Positions 40,443-54,837 are shown, counted from the first letter of the whole stretch. The stretch is DNA of 63,185 nucleotides, filler included, from Basidioascus undulatus (GCA_000826855.1; 8 parts of 8 records of this genome joined end to end with filler, not necessarily neighbours in it), one strand, 5' to 3'. A program made the numbers and translations. The notes: generated by a model from the letters alone, not told the origin.

Positions 40443-41949
40443 ATGGATTCCACACCCACACAGTCAAGCCAGCCGATGGACGTGGAGCCCGTTTCATCGA
40501 CATTGACGTCCCCCGCGCCGTCCGCGGCGGGTCCGGTACCCACCGCGGCGCGTCGCGCGAGCGGGGACTCGACGGACACGGGTGTGCTCGCAGACGAGGA
40601 GGACACCACCACCGCCGGGGCCGTCAGCGGTGGCGGCGATGCGGACGACGAGGAGCAGGCTGTTGACACGCTTCTCATGATGGACTCCGAGGAACCTTCC
40701 CCGGTGCACAGCCCCGCCGCCTTGGCCGACACACCAGTGGACACCACCGCCGCCCCCGCCTCCTCATTCACCTTCCCCGCCGATTCCCTTCCCTCCGCGC
40801 CCAGCGCGCCTCCGTTCAAGCTCCCCTCCGCGCTCCCGCAGGACATCGAACACATCCTCGCGGAGGTTGTTGAGCACCGCGAGGCCCATCCGGAGCCCGC
40901 GCCGCGGCTTACCCGCCGCGCGGACGCGAGCGAGGAGGAGAGCAGCAGCAGTGAGGAGGAGAGCAGCGAAGAGAGTGAGGAGGAGAGCGGTGCGGAGCGG
41001 CAGGCGGAGGTCGTGGTGGACAGCGAGCCGGAGGAGGGGGAGGTGATGGAGAAGAAGGCGTGCGTTTCTTTCCCTTCTCCCCAGCCCCTTGCCTCCGTAC
41101 CCACTGAGCATGTTCCCTGTTCTCCTCTGACAGGTCCACGAAAATTACCGACGAGAAGCGCAAAGAGCTCCTGGGGCAGCTCAAGACGATGGGCGGCACC
41201 GGTGGCGGGGCAAACGACCGAGACGGGTCGGAGGACGAGGACGAAGACGGGCCCGTTGGGACGGCGCGCGGGCCGACGGCGTTCGCGACGAAGCACGAGC
41301 TCCCGCGCCCGCAGCCTGCGCCGCTCAAGCTCACGCGCGTGCCCGAAGGCGCGCCGCTCGAGCGCATCGGGAGCGTCAAGGCTGTCGTCGGGGAGGTCGT
41401 CGTTGTGCAGGCGGAGGGGACGGGGGTCGTGAAGGTCCTTGATCAGGGGAGCTTGCTTTGCTTTGGGGATCGGAATGTGCTAGGGGAGGTGCGTCTTCTT
41501 TCCTGTTCCCTTTCCCTGTCCTTCCCTACTTCCCTCATGCACCTTCCCTACTTCCCTCCTTCTCCCCTCCCCTTGCTTTCCCACACCACTTCTCGGCTCT
41601 TCGCTGACGTCCACTCCCCAGATCTTCGAGACCTTCGGCCCCCTCACCGCCCCCCTCCACTCCGTGCTCTTCCCCACCCCGTCCGACATCGACCCCGCGA
41701 TCATCCAGCCCGGGCGCGAGGTGTTCGTCGCGCCGGACTACGCCGAGACGGTCGACACGCGCCGGCTGCGCGAGATGAAGGGCAGCGACGCGAGCAACGT
41801 GTGGGACGAGGAGGTGCCCGAGTGGGAGCAGGAGCACTCGGACGACGAGGACGAGGCGGAGGCGAAGCGGCGGAGGTGCGCCCTCCCTTCTCCCCACCAA
41901 CCCCCACTCGTCTCCCTCGCTGGGCCTATGGAGACTGACATGCGCGTTG
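40443..41949 (+). CDS. NAF1: H/ACA RNP assembly factor Naf1, 3' truncated
   Basis: Acidic N-terminus, Gar1/Naf1 domain VLDQGSLLCFGDRNVLGE/IFETFGPLTAP and the signature KGSDASNVWDEEV...SDDEDEAEAKR. Confidence 0.93.
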
Positions 41950-44900
41950 NNNNNNNNNNNNNNNNNNNNNNNNNNNNNNNNNNNNNNNNNNNNTTAATTA
42001 ATTAANNNNNNNNNNNNNNNNNNNNNNNNNNNNNNNNNNNNNNNNNNNNTCTTCCGATCAGTGACTTTTCCATGAGTATTCGGGTATTAGCATAAGTCGT
42101 TTTGGTAAAATCTTCACAGTATGCCGCTGGACCAAATGCCTACGGTGAAGTGAAAGGTGGACACCCCAAGACACCCTGGCTAAAGGTCACCGGTCACCGG
42201 CGCCAAGGCTCCGCACAGTTGTCACTAATCATTTTCTTTTGAAGGCAGACATCTGTTCACCACATTTTAATATAATCAAAGATGGAACGGAGCCTGAGGT
42301 TTGAGGGTGAGGTGCGATAGGTGGGCGAAAGAGATTCTAGTTGGGATACACTTGACTGACCTTCAGGTAAGGTCTGACACCGACGACCTCTGACGAGTTG
42401 CCCTCGTTCATTGAACCATTTCCGTTCGGAAACCCCTAGGGCAGCCAACCCTTATTCAGCTCTGTGGACCAGTTTGCTTCTCCATCGCTATGCGCGAGTC
42501 ATGCTCCTCAGTTCCGACCTCGAGCGTTCAATCGTTTCATCCATACATGAGTCTCTTAACTTCATAGATATTTGAAATTCTCGACAGTCATCTCAGAGCG
42601 TGTGGAGTTGACGACGCGTGCGGACGCCGACTCGAGCTCTCAAAGATCACTTGCCGGTCGCGCTTCCGTCGCGGGCGCAGGACGTGCATGTTGCACCCGA
42701 AGAATGCAGGTGATCGAGAGCTGGGGTAGGATGTGCTGAGGAAGCACATGCACGAACCGCCCTCGAAGCCCTCGGCGTCCACGACGGACGTGTTACCGTC
42801 GTCAACAGCCGTCGTGTCTCGAGGTTTCCCTGCTCGGCCTGCGGATGGAGTGAACATCAGCGTATGCTAAGAGAAAGCCTTCCCTGCCTTTCACATCCAC
42901 TTCAGCTTTTCGGCATAGTACTGAGATGCAGCGTACCTCTCTCCCTTGGCATGCGCGGCCTTCGCGGCGTCATACAGCTAGACAGTCAGGCGCGGGGCGT
43001 CAACTCCGGCCTTTCCTCCTCGACCTCGCTACCTGCGCGCCTTCCCGACGAACCTCAGAGAATCCGATACAGAAGCGGTCGATATGCTCTGTGCGCTTGC
43101 CCATGGCAATCTGGATTGTGGAACGGGGGGGAGGGCGGGTGTGAGCTCGTCACATCACGCGCTGAGGGGCTGACAGAGGAGCCTGACGGTCGCCCGTAAC
43201 TTGAGCTCATCCGCATCCATGTCCTGGGAGTCCATGCTTGTTACTGGTGGGGCGGTATTAGTGTGGGCGATGTTGAGGTCGGGCGTGCGTGAGCCGCAGG
43301 GACTTGGATCGTGGTGGGGAAAGCGAGAGGGAAGGAGCGACCGCGTTTCCGCCCAAAGCTTCGCTCAATCCATACAAAACGACGTCAGTCGTGGGTTGGG
43401 AACGTCCTGCAGTGACGCAGCCGCCACCTCGCCACCTGGAGATTGGCAGATAGCAGTTGGACAGCAGCATGGAGTACATAACCCATCTAAAAGACTAAGG
43501 GCCGATATTATATCTACTCTCACAAGCACCATACCACCCTACGTTATTCCGTACAAGTCTGAACGACTTACGGTCGCAGAGCAGGTGCCCGTAATCCCTC
43601 CGTCGCCTGTCCATTCTCGACGCTTCCTTGTTCCAAAATGCCTATAACAGACAGATTTGAATGCTTCGCAGAGTTCTTGGAAGTCCTTCAAACCCTTGGT
43701 TCCAGGCGAGACTGTGGAAACGCAAGAGTCGTGGGAACGGGCCGAAACGTTTCAATGTGCACTTGGTGGTGTCTGTCATACCGATTGATTTGAGCTGACG
43801 AGCACTGCTTGAGATACAAATTTGTACTTCTATAAGAATGTCGAAAGTTGCATCTGCGTCGTCTGCGTCCTTTTCGAGCTGCCATCGTGTCCAACTTGTC
43901 CGCATCAAAGACCAGCCTGACGGCACCTCAACATTTGAATCCAATCAATCACTATTCAGACTGAGTTGAGACCGTTCGAGAGCAGCATTATCACTTTGCG
44001 CTCAGCTCAGTTGACCAGCTTGCTTCTCCGTCGCTGCGGGCTCCACACATCGGACCTCGAACGTTGTACCGTTCATTCACAAACAAATCTTGAGGCTTCA
44101 GGAGGAGCTGTTACTCTCAACCGTCACCTCAAGCCGAGTAGGCGACGCGTGTGACGGGGACTCCGAAGGGTCATTTGCCAGTCACGCGTCCGCCACGGGT
44201 ATAGAGGTGCAGGCTGCCCATCCATTACCCCGCGTGAGAGTAAGTTGGTATCACGTACATGAATGGGCCTTGGGGCGGTTCTCGTTGACCAAGACGCGTC
44301 GTTGTCCTCCACAGCCGTCGGGTCCTCGAGGTCCTCGTCCTCGTCCTGGGGATGAAACGAACCTCAGCGGGCACGAATAGAGTCCAGTCACGCCTCTCCT
44401 ACGAGCCTTAAGCCTTTCGGCACACCACCGAGCCACGTCGAACCTCTCACCCTTGTCCCACACGGTGGTCGCGGCGCCGTGAAAGTCAACCACACGCCCC
44501 CACCCCACTCTCCTGCAAGCCTTCATAACGAACCTCAGAGGAAGCCTTGCAGAAATTTCCAAGATCCTCCTCCTCCATCTCGGAGAAGAGGCCAGAGTCG
44601 AGCTGGGAGTCGGATGGGTAAATTGGTCAAGTCAATAACTCCGCAGGCGGGCTAAGACAGTCGAGTGACAGCTCGGAGTCCCGAGATCTGGACGGCGGAA
44701 TTGTCCTCACGGTTTGGCTGTCAGCGTGTGCGAGCGTGCAAGTCAGAAACGCGTGCGTGCCTTCCTTTTGCTCCCCCGCTACGACCCAGTCGCCAACCCT
44801 CCTCGCGTCCCAACTCATTATCGTTCAAGCCACCTCCGCCACGATATAGGGCACCATAAACCAAGACAACGACGCGGAGATGCAAAGGCTGAAGGCATCG

Positions 44901-45423
44901 GTGGTCAGGCTCCTCCTCCAACCCTCAGCTAACGTTCGCTTTGTAGACGTTTTTCCAAACAGGCTAAGCGACCACTGTGTGGTTGGTGCCTCCAGTCCTG
45001 AGTGGGTCGGACAGCGCAGCTGTGGTGAGGCGTCTCCGCATTAGAGGAAAAGGTGAGCCTCTTTGTCGTTTAAATGTTATTCATTGAAGAGCGCCAGGCA
45101 ATACAGCAGAGCGCGCAATGGGCTCGTTTGACCGCACGGCAGTGCCAGTCGGGTCTCCTACCATTGGCCTCGACGCACTGCAAGTCCAACCGGGCCTGTT
45201 GCTCAGCGCCCTCAGATTCAACGTTCGTGTCCCACCATCTATCAAGAAAAAAAGCATTCAGAGCCATTCCTGCTGACATCGGAAGGGAGGACGGAAGAGC
45301 ATGGTTCAGTACCTCCCGGCTCCCTATGTACATTCTTTTTCATGCTGTACATGGCTGCCGTTGCCCCTCCAAACCTTTCTGCATTCCCTGGAGTCTGGAC
45401 TGCAGGAAAAAGAAAAAGAAAAG

Positions 45424-45496
45424 TGGACATTCCCGGAATTGAACCGGGGACCCCCTCAATGCGAATGAGATGTGATAGCCCCTACACCAAATGCCC
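45424..45496 (-). tRNA. tRNA-Ala(CGC), intronless
   Basis: Reverse complement GGGCATT...TCTCA-TTCGCAT-TGAGG...CCCGGTTCAATTCCGGG-AATGTCC-A; G3:U70 alanine identity pair; T-runs downstream. Confidence 0.95.
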
Positions 45497-48406
45497 ATGT
45501 CCGTTTGTTTCAATAAAAATATCGACATATGAAAATGTAAAGAGCTCTTGAGCATGAGTTTAAGAAATTGAGTTTGTTGATGTTCTGGTGGTTCAATTGG
45601 CTGAAGACCGGGGTACTCGAGTTGTTGCGGGCTCGCAGCGAACGAAGCAGCAGGTACGGGCGTGCCACGGGTGTCGAAAGTGCATTCTGTGATTGTATTG
45701 GGGAATTCTTTTGCAGCGGTTGGAGCTGTGGGGAACACCCCGTTGCTCCTACAAACCCCACACCTCCTTGGAATCCACGTCTTCAGTATTGTGACGCCCT
45801 CGAGTCTGCTGCAAAGCGAATGGAGTCCACAGGCATGACCCCCCGCTCACGCTCCTTCTTCCAGAATGACCATGGCAGAGCTTGTATGAACAGCTTTCGA
45901 CTGAGTGTGAGTGTCTGAATAGCTTATTTTCCCCTCGCTGCCAGAATTGATGCTGCGGCGGCATCGCCTGCCCGGCAGCGGCTTGTCAACGCCGTGGATG
46001 GATGCAGACTAGCTTCCGAGAGCGTATCCAGAGTCTAGTCTGCTCGTTTTTAATGAGATTGATCATTGGAGTAGTGCTTAGCTTCCAGGCGCCCAGGCTT
46101 GCAAGAAAGCTCGTCTTGTTTTTCTGAGGCTGTGTGCCGCCGCCCACCTCAAAACACGCTGCAGACGAATGGACAGACCTCTTCTCACGCGGTGCGGAGC
46201 TCATGTTGACTTGGAACTTACAAATGTCGCCCACATCTTATCAGTAAAGTCAAAAAGTAAAACTGTGCCCAGGTAGTACAAGACATGCAGTGGCTGCGAG
46301 GCTGCATGGCAGTGTGGCAGTACCTCTCGGTTCATGTCAGCGAACCGATAGCGCAGTACCTCCCTGGGACACAGTATAGCTGCAGTAGACTCTGTCAAGG
46401 ACCCCTCAAAGACTCCTCCAGCCGAAGCTGCTTCAAAGGTGTTGCCCTCTACTTCAGTTTGTCCCCGTAAAAGCTCTTCAGAGTTGAATCGAATCTGTGA
46501 AATTTGAGCGTTGAACGCTGATGATAGTGTGGTGGTTTGGTTGTCCGTTCATGGCAACTTGACGTGCGCTGTGCAATCACGTGCAAACCCGCGGACACCT
46601 CGCCTCATCCCTGGCTTTGATGCCCCCTCGAGTGCGCCATCTCGCACCCCGCCAACATCCTCCCGAACAACAGCTCCCCTCCTCATCCTGATACCCAGCT
46701 GCACCCTTCCCAGGAAGCATCCTGCCGCCGCTACACCCCTAGCGAGCCAGTCGCACACCCCCGGCCGGGCCTTATCAGCGCCGCCCGCCCACTCGCGCCC
46801 GACGTCACGGTTTAGGAGCGCGTTCGTGTGCTCTGCTCAGGCTGGAGGGGTGTCTGAGGCGGAGAGAACGCCCGTGTAGGATCAGGATAAGGTCAGTGTG
46901 AGGGAGCGTGTATGGTTGGGTGCTTGAAGCAAGGACCGTGGCTCGCAGCTGGGACGAGCGGCGTGATGGGTGGTCGTGCGATAGCCGGCACAAGCGGTTG
47001 GTCGTTCGCACCGGTGGCTACATTCCTGCAGAGAACCAGCCATCTGTCTCTGCTTTTGTTGGAATACATCTCATAGATGCAATCTGGCATTGAATGTACT
47101 GACTTGGGTTCATTCCCAACGCAGACCATTCCACCATTCCTGTCTCACCCTTGCCATCCCACCGTCCTCCATCATCGACCATGACGACCTTCCCGCAGCC
47201 CTCCTCTCGCCCGCCGCGCGCCACCCAGGCTCCACCACCGGCTCCCTCGCATCAACGATCTNNNNNNNNNNNNNNNNNNNNNNNNNNNNNNNNNNNNNNN
47301 NNNNNTTAATTAATTAANNNNNNNNNNNNNNNNNNNNNNNNNNNNNNNNNNNNNNNNNNNNCGCCCCCCAAGGGCTCATCAATGGAATTGAAAATGGACC
47401 ATTTTCACCGCCCAAAGTGGGGCGTGTGAAAAGGTCACGGATACTTTACGTGCGGTCTCTATATGGTTTGGTAATTTAATTGCATAAAAGTTGAGGTGTA
47501 CTTTAACGCTTGGACCTGTAGTTAGTCTGCGATGCACGACTAAAGGTGGCAGGATCGGTCGATAAGTTTTGCGCTCAGACGCTCTCACGCCGAGAGCTGG
47601 ATGCTCAGGCGTTCGCTAGACCGCTAGAACAGCCGGCTTGGTGACTTCAAGTATTCAAACCTGAGGTTTATTTCGCTGTATTTTTGGCGCGATGTCGAGC
47701 TTTCGAGGATGGTCGGTATGTCGCGGTTTTTGAGCGAGCGCAGCGGCGGAAGGGCCGGGGCAAGTGCTGCAGAATTGTGGCCGACCTTGCACGCATAGGT
47801 TAAGCGGTCTGTTCCACACGAGTAGAGTGGGCCAAAACAGAGGATAGTAGAACCTGTACAAGGGCTCTCACACCACGATGGCCGTTCGGTCGGTATACAA
47901 GACGAAGGCAAGGCCTGATAACACAGCGTTAGCATCCGACTTGCTTTTGGGCGCGCTGTACTGCCAGGGAGAGCTTATCGCTCCTATTTGTGTCTGGAGT
48001 TTGAAATTTTTACAGGTTCGTCTGTTGAAGAGTTGGAAAGTGAGGCAGGCAGGTGGTGACACGAAGAGTGAAAAGAGACGACCTCGCACTGACAATCACC
48101 GCCTATGTAGGGACAGGTCCAGGTATCCAGCCTGGCGCATAGTGATCTTGCTGCTTCCATAGTTTTTCAGACGGGCTGCTGGAGCCACTTTGACGGCACA
48201 TGAGAGGAGACTTTCGAGGACGTCGAAAGCGGGAGGGCAGCGGCGCCCGAGGAAGCACGTGAAAGTGTGCCTGAAGGGGCAGCTACTAGCCTCGCGCATA
48301 CAAATCCTACTAGGCGAGCCCCTAACACCTCGCCGGCCCGCCAGCAGTCCTCACCATCTCCCAGATCTCCAACTCCTCCTCCTCCTCCCCGCCCGCCCCG
48401 CCTTCC

Positions 48407-51400
48407 ATGGCGCCCTCCCCGTCCTCGCTGCGCACAGCAGCGCACGACTGGACCTCCGCTCCGCTCCACCCACACGGGAAGTTCCTGCTCGACCCGTCCT
48501 CGCGCATCTGTCTCCCGCGCGGCGTAAACCTCTCGGGCCTCTCGAAGCTGCCCTCGAACCAGGACCCGGACAGCCGGGCGGACTTCTTCCGGCATCGCGA
48601 GGTGTGCTTTGTGGGAAGGCCCTTTGAGCTAAAGGATGCGGAAGAACATCTGGAAAGGCTGAGAGGGTGGGGGCTGACTTTCGGTGAGTCCGAGGGAAAG
48701 AGGGGGTAGGAAGAGAGGGTTGATGAGAGGGGGAGGATAGTGAGGTTGCTCGTTACTTGGGAGGCGATAGAACATGAGGGACCGTGAGTCACGACGTCTC
48801 TTTCCTTCCTGGCTTTAGTTTCCAGCAGCTCAAGCTCCGAATTCGCAGTGGCATCTACGACGCCCCCTACATAGCCTACCTCCGCGCGCTCCTCTCGCTC
48901 TTCCCAAAGTACGGCATCGCCTGCATCATTAACGCCCACCAGGACATCTGGTCCCGCCTCACCGGCGGCTCCGGCGCGCCGGGGTGGACGCTCGAGCTTG
49001 CCGGGCTCGAGCCGCAGGCGCTGGAGGATTCGGGGGCGGCGTACTTGTATCCGCTCAGGTGCGCGCGCGCGAAGGGAAGGGAAGGAGGGAGGGAAATGGC
49101 TGATTGAGCGGATGGGACGCAGGAGCCAGAAGGGGGAGGGCTGGGACGCAAGGCCCGGTGATGGGCTCGAGGAGGGCGTATGGCCCGCGGGGTATCAGAA
49201 GGCTGCGTGCGTCCATCTCTTTCTTCCCATTCTTTCCTTCGGCCTCTCCTCCCTACTCTCCCTCATTCGCTGACCGCCTCTCAATCTCAACAGCGCAGGA
49301 TCCATGGCGTCCGTCCCCTTCCCCTCTAACCCCCGACGTCCTCCCCCTCGCCCTCGCCCTCTCCATTTCCCTCTTCTCCCCTCCCTCCCCCTTTCCTTCT
49401 CCCTCTAACCCTCTTCCACCTCCCTCTCCACCTCCCTCTCCCCCTCTTGGCCCCGTATATCTTCTTCCTGGAGAACTTCTAATTTCGTTCTCCCCCCGCA
49501 CACAGCACCCTCTTCTGGGCCGGCGCCACCTTCGCGCCCCTCCGAACTGTCCACTCCCCCTTCTTCCCCTCCTCCCAAAAAGTCAACGTCCAGCACGCGC
49601 TCCAAGAATCCTACCTCCATGCGTTCGCGCACCTGGCGGAGGAGTTGGGGGGCTGCGAGGCGGTGTGGGGGTTCGAGGTGCGTGTTCGGGTCCGGGAGGA
49701 GATAGAGGAAGAAGGAGAAGGAGGAGGGAGGAAGGAGAAGGGGAGGGGGGTAAAGGGAGTAGGGGGATGGAGGAGAGGAGGCTGAATGAAGGAGGAGGAG
49801 GATGGGTAGTTGATGAATGAGCCGCATCGCGGGTATGTGGGGCTGGAGGACTTCCATCGGTGGGACTATAATACCGACCTCGTACGTTCTGCTTTCTTCC
49901 CTCTTGCTGTTTGTCTCCCCGGTCCCTCTCTTTCCCTCGCCCTCCCATTCCGCCTCGCAATGTCCTCATTACCTCTTCCCCGTACCGTATCCTTACCCCA
50001 GCACAACCTCCTTTCGTCCCTCTCTTTCCCCTTCTTTTCTTCCGTTTTCCCTCTCACCTCCTCCTTTTCCCCTTCCCTCCATCTCCTCCCCCCCTCCGGC
50101 CGCCCTTCTCTTCCGCTTTCCCGTTTTCCCGCATTTCACCCTGACTCGGCCCTCTCCAACCCGCAGCATATCGCGCACCACCCCACGCCCCTGCAGTCCT
50201 TCGCGCTCGCAGCCGGGCACGCCCAGCGCGTGCCGTACTACACGCGCTCGTTCCCCTTCCCGACGCGGCATACGAGCGACCGGCTCATCACGCCGCCGCG
50301 GCCGGCGTGGAGGACAGAAGGAGAGGGACTGGAAGAGGAAGAGGGATGCTGGGGATGCCCATGGGTGAAAGAGGGCGTGTGGGGCTGGGATGTGGAGCGG
50401 AAGGAGCCCGTCGTGTTGAGGCATGGGTACTTCCGCCGGGACCCGAAGACCGGGAGGGAAGTCGAGTGGTAGTGCGTCTGCGGTTCCCTCTCTGTCCCCT
50501 TCTCTCTTCTCTTTCCTCGACTTCTCGTTCCCTCTTCCCCTCCCCCTCTACCCACCTTTCCCCTCCCTCCTCCTACCCCCGTCCCATCTCAATTCTCTCT
50601 CTTTTCTTTCCCTCACCCTCCGACCTTCCTCCTCTCCTCGCCTCTCCATCCTCTTCCCTTCTTCCTCTTCTTTCGAACGCGGAGCGGCAACTGACGGGAA
50701 GATCTGTTCTCTCAAGCAGCAAAGACTTCTACTGGCCCTTCGCGCGCGCGTTCGGCGAGCGCGTCGGCGCGGCATTTGAGCGTGCAACCGGGGGGAGGAA
50801 GAGCTGGACGCTTGTGGAGCCTATTCCGAATGAGGTGCGTCTGGGTTGGGGGTGGGCATCGGGCGTGGCCAGGGGTGGAGTTACTGGGCGCGAACGCGAG
50901 GGCAAGCGGTTGCTCGCTTGCGTTGGGATGGAATGGGACTTGAGACAGCGAGGGCTTCGTCCGAGACTGACGGCGAGGGGCAGTTCTATCCCCCTCTGAG
51001 CAGGGACGACCACCCGCGCGGGCTCGTGGCCAGCCCGCACTGGTACGGTGCGTCTCGTGGACTTGCAGCTGCTTGGAGAGACGGTAGGGAAGGCTGAGCT
51101 AGGAGGCACTACGAGGCAGACCTCAACGCGCTCTTCAACAAGACCGTCTCATGGTGGTCCGTCAACGTCCAAGGTCTCTCTCGGGTGCGTCGTCCCCCCC
51201 TCTTCCTCTCCCTCCGCTCACTCCCACCATCCCACAGGGCATGCCCCTCCCCCTCGCGCTCTACTTCGGCCGGCGCGGCCTTCGGTCCAACTACGCCCTT
51301 CAAATCCACAACATTGTCGCCCACGCCCACGCAACGCTGGGCGACGTGCCCGTGCTCATCGGCGAGTGCGGCGTGCCGATGGACCTCGACGGCGGGGAGG

Positions 51401-52270
51401 CGTTCCGGAGCGGCGAGTGGAAGTGGCATGAGTGGGCGTTTGACGCGCTCATTGGCGCGATGGAGAGGAATCTGGTGGGGTTCACGTACGTCCGGTGGTT
51501 CCGGGAAAGCTAAGAGAAGAAGACGCTGACGATGAAGAGGCAATAGGCTCTGGAATTATAATCCGGCGAATACGGACGATGTGGGGGACACGTGGAAGTG
51601 CGTTGGCGGTGAGGACGGTTGATGTGGGTGGAGTTGGAGCTGATGCGGGCGGGTGGCGGTGCAGCGGGGAGAACTTCAGCTGGTGGAGTCTCAGCCATCG
51701 CGAGGCCGAGCGCGGACATGCACCCGGCGACGAGCCGTCCGCGCTCGAGCTGTGGCGGAAGGGCGGGCGGGTGTTGAAAGCCATCGTCGTGCGTCTCCCT
51801 TCCCCTTCCCCAACACATCTTCTTTCTCTCCCGTATACTTCTCCGTCTTCCTCGAACTATCTATCTGACCCTCCCCACAGCGCCCGTACGCCGCCAAAAT
51901 AGCCGGCACCCCCATCTCGACCTCCTACGACCCAACCCGCATAACCTTCCACCTGCGCCTCTCGCTCGGCTCCCCCCCAACGCCCTCCACGCCCCTCGCG
52001 CGCACCACCGAGCTCTTCGTCCCCTCCCTCATCTTCTTCAACCCGGCCGTGTCTACCACCGCCGGGCAAGCGACGTACGACCGCGCACGACAGACGGTGT
52101 GGTGGGACCATGGCGAGGCGGAGGGGGACGAGGGGAGGGAGGTCGAGATTTGGGTGAGGGAGGGGAAGGTCGTTGGAGGGGTGGGAGCGCGGGAGGACAG
52201 CAGGAGGTGGGCGGCGGCGCTCGTGGCGCTCTTGCTGGCGCTCCTGGTCAGGGTGTGGTTCTTCGCGTGA
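48407..52270 (+). CDS. GH5_12 endoglycoceramidase-related glycolipid beta-glucosidase (EGCrP-type) with C-terminal membrane anchor
   Basis: RGVNLSG, FVGRPF, LRGWGLTFVRLLVTWEAIEHEGPGIYD, HQDIWSRLTGGSGAPGWT, acid/base MNEPHRG, nucleophile IGECGVP, LWNYNP, GENFSW, RPYAAKIAG; hydrophobic tail WAAALVALLLALLVRVWFFA. Confidence 0.94.
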
Positions 52271-52671
52271 GGGTAGGGAGGACGGACGTGGACCGGAGGA
52301 GGGCGGAAGGACGCTTTGGACACTTTTTCTGCTCGTTGCATTCACTTTGCTCGCTCAGCAGCATTGCCGTAGATCATCATCCATCCATCCATCATTGACA
52401 CAACACATGCACACGGACGAATTCATCACACTCCCTTGACTTGGGTGGTGACCGCAATGCGGAGCTGGGCTTGCACGCCTGTCGGAGGTTTCTGCATCGG
52501 CTGAGGACTGTGTGATTGTCTGGATGATTAAGAGGGAGGGGGGGGGAAGGAGGAGGGAGAAGCTTACGCGANNNNNNNNNNNNNNNNNNNNNNNNNNNNN
52601 NNNNNNNNNNNNNNNTTAATTAATTAANNNNNNNNNNNNNNNNNNNNNNNNNNNNNNNNNNNNNNNNNNNN

Positions 52672-53598
52672 CCAGTACTCGACGGCGTCTCCCCCGCCAT
52701 ACGCGTACCACGACAGCCGCGCGCTCACCGGCTCCCCGCATGCTGTCTCGCAGCCGCCGTCCTACGTCTCGGCCACGACGACCGCGTCCTCGCAGCCCAC
52801 CATTCGCCCGCTCGAATCGCCGCGCCACATCCACCCGCCCCCAGCGGCGAGTGCGCAGAGCACGTACTACGCACCGCCGTCGCACGCGCAGGGCCAACCC
52901 ACCACCATCCACCAGTACCACCTCCCCCCTGCGAACGGCATCCCGCCCCAACTACCCTACCCGCACGGCATCCCCCCGCCCGGCTCGTACTACCCCGCTG
53001 GATACGGGTACGGCCCCGCGGGCTACCCGCCCCACGGCATGCACTACTACCACGATCCTAGCCGCCCGCCCGTCATCGGGCCGTACGGCCTCGCGGAGGA
53101 GCTCATCGGGCAGCCGAGGCGTCTTGCGGTGGCGTGCTTCTTCTGCAGGTTCGTCTTTTCTTTTCAGTGTGGATTCGCGGGAAAAGTTGGGATGCGTTCG
53201 CTGACTGTTCCTCTCCCGAATGCAGGCGGCGCAAGATCCGGTACGCTCCTCTCCTTCCGCCGCGCACCGCCTGTCCTTCTGACTGACTCCCCCTCCGCTT
53301 TCTCCTCTCTTCAACAGATGCGACGGTGACAATGTACGTAAAAATTTCCCCACACCCCTTCGCAACCGAACCTGACAGACGGCCGCTCCCTTTACAGCCC
53401 TGCCGCCACTGCGCCCGCCGCGGACTCGACTGCGAGTACCCCTCCGAGCCTCGCAAGCGCGGGCCGATGCGCGGGCCCAACAAGCCCTCCGGGCCAGGCA
53501 GCGCTGGCGCTGGCGCCGGCTCCAGCGTGAAGTTAGCCGGCAGCAGCGGTGCGACGGCGCCGGGGACTGGGCCGGACCCGGTCCTCAAGGCGCCGTAG
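52672..53598 (+). CDS. Zn(II)2Cys6 transcription factor, 5' truncated
   Basis: Splicing three introns gives ACFFCRRRKIRCDGDNPCRHCARRGLDCEYP; micro-exons at 53226-53240 and 53318-53333. Confidence 0.92.
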
Positions 53599-54837
53599 AT
53601 GGAGGCACTCGCGCTCTTTAGGGTTGATGGAGATCCTGCTTGTTTTTTCTTGGTCTTCCGCTGTTGCTGTCGCTTAGCTTCGTCTCGTCCTGGTCGTCGT
53701 CGTAATCGTCTCCGTTCCTAGCTACGAAGCGTCACGCACACCATATGTCCCCTACCACCCCACATTCTTGATACCCCTCGAGTCTTCCTCCTCGTGGCCA
53801 TCTACCACGCAGTTCTTACCCCACGTATCCCATTGCACCCGCACCCGCACCCACAATGACACCCCGCAACTCGCAACGCATATCCCTTACGACACGGCCC
53901 TTTATGAACTTTAGCTACCATGTGTACCCCCCCTTCTCGTCGCTTTACTGCTCGGCTGGTTGTGTAGTATGTAACAATTGACGCATCCAAAATGATGGCG
54001 CTTCAGTCGCTGTGTCGTATTTGACCGTTACCATGGACCGTGGACTGCTCAGGCTGCCAGCTACCGGCCACATAGGTTGACCTCGCATGTCTTTCGATGG
54101 TTATGGTATCTGGGTTCCAGAGCAGACGAGCACGGGAGCGATGATGAGCGGAGCCGTGATCACGTCCGCTTGTACAACACGACTGCGTGGACACGACTGC
54201 GTGGGCGGCGAGGAAGGAAGAGTAAAAAGCAAACCCGCCTGCCTACACGGGGTCGCAGACTGCTCGCCTCGCGTCTTAACCTCTTCGCCCATCCGCATCC
54301 GCCTCTTCCTGGCTCTCTCTTACTTCGCAGTCCGATCAGCTCTGATTGATGTTCGCTCGTTCACACACCTGTATCGAAATTGACCTCATCCTATTTTTCA
54401 AGCTGGGAAGCAGGACGCGCTGCATTTTGAGTTTTTGCAGAACAAAGCCACGCGTGAACTGACACTTAGTCCGGGTCCATGTCTCAACGCCTCCGGCTTG
54501 CGACGTACCCGTCCTGGCGGGGGTGTCCGGCTGTCCCTCGGTGCCTAGCTCTTGCAGTTTATATCATGGACGCGCTCTCGAACGCGTCGTCCTTGATCAA
54601 CCTCCGCCGATGGCACGCTTTGAAAGGTCAACCGTTAACCAAGGCAGTCAGGCCTGATCTTCACACCGTCCTTTGCTCCCTCCGGAGCCCGTCCTCGCCA
54701 TCGGGGTCGCCCATTCAGCCTCGTCCTTTTTCGCACTGCCAACACTCGTTTGGATACCCACGCTCGTTGAACTCCCTCTCTTTCGCGCTCGTCGCCCCTC
54801 AACCTTCGTCACCCTCGGCTCGAGACGCCGATTCACC

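Noticed and set aside
42588..44930. Coding-like minus-strand fragments (e.g. RLPLRFVMKACRRVGWGRVVDF)
   Set aside because: Interrupted by stops and I could not assemble a credible gene model.
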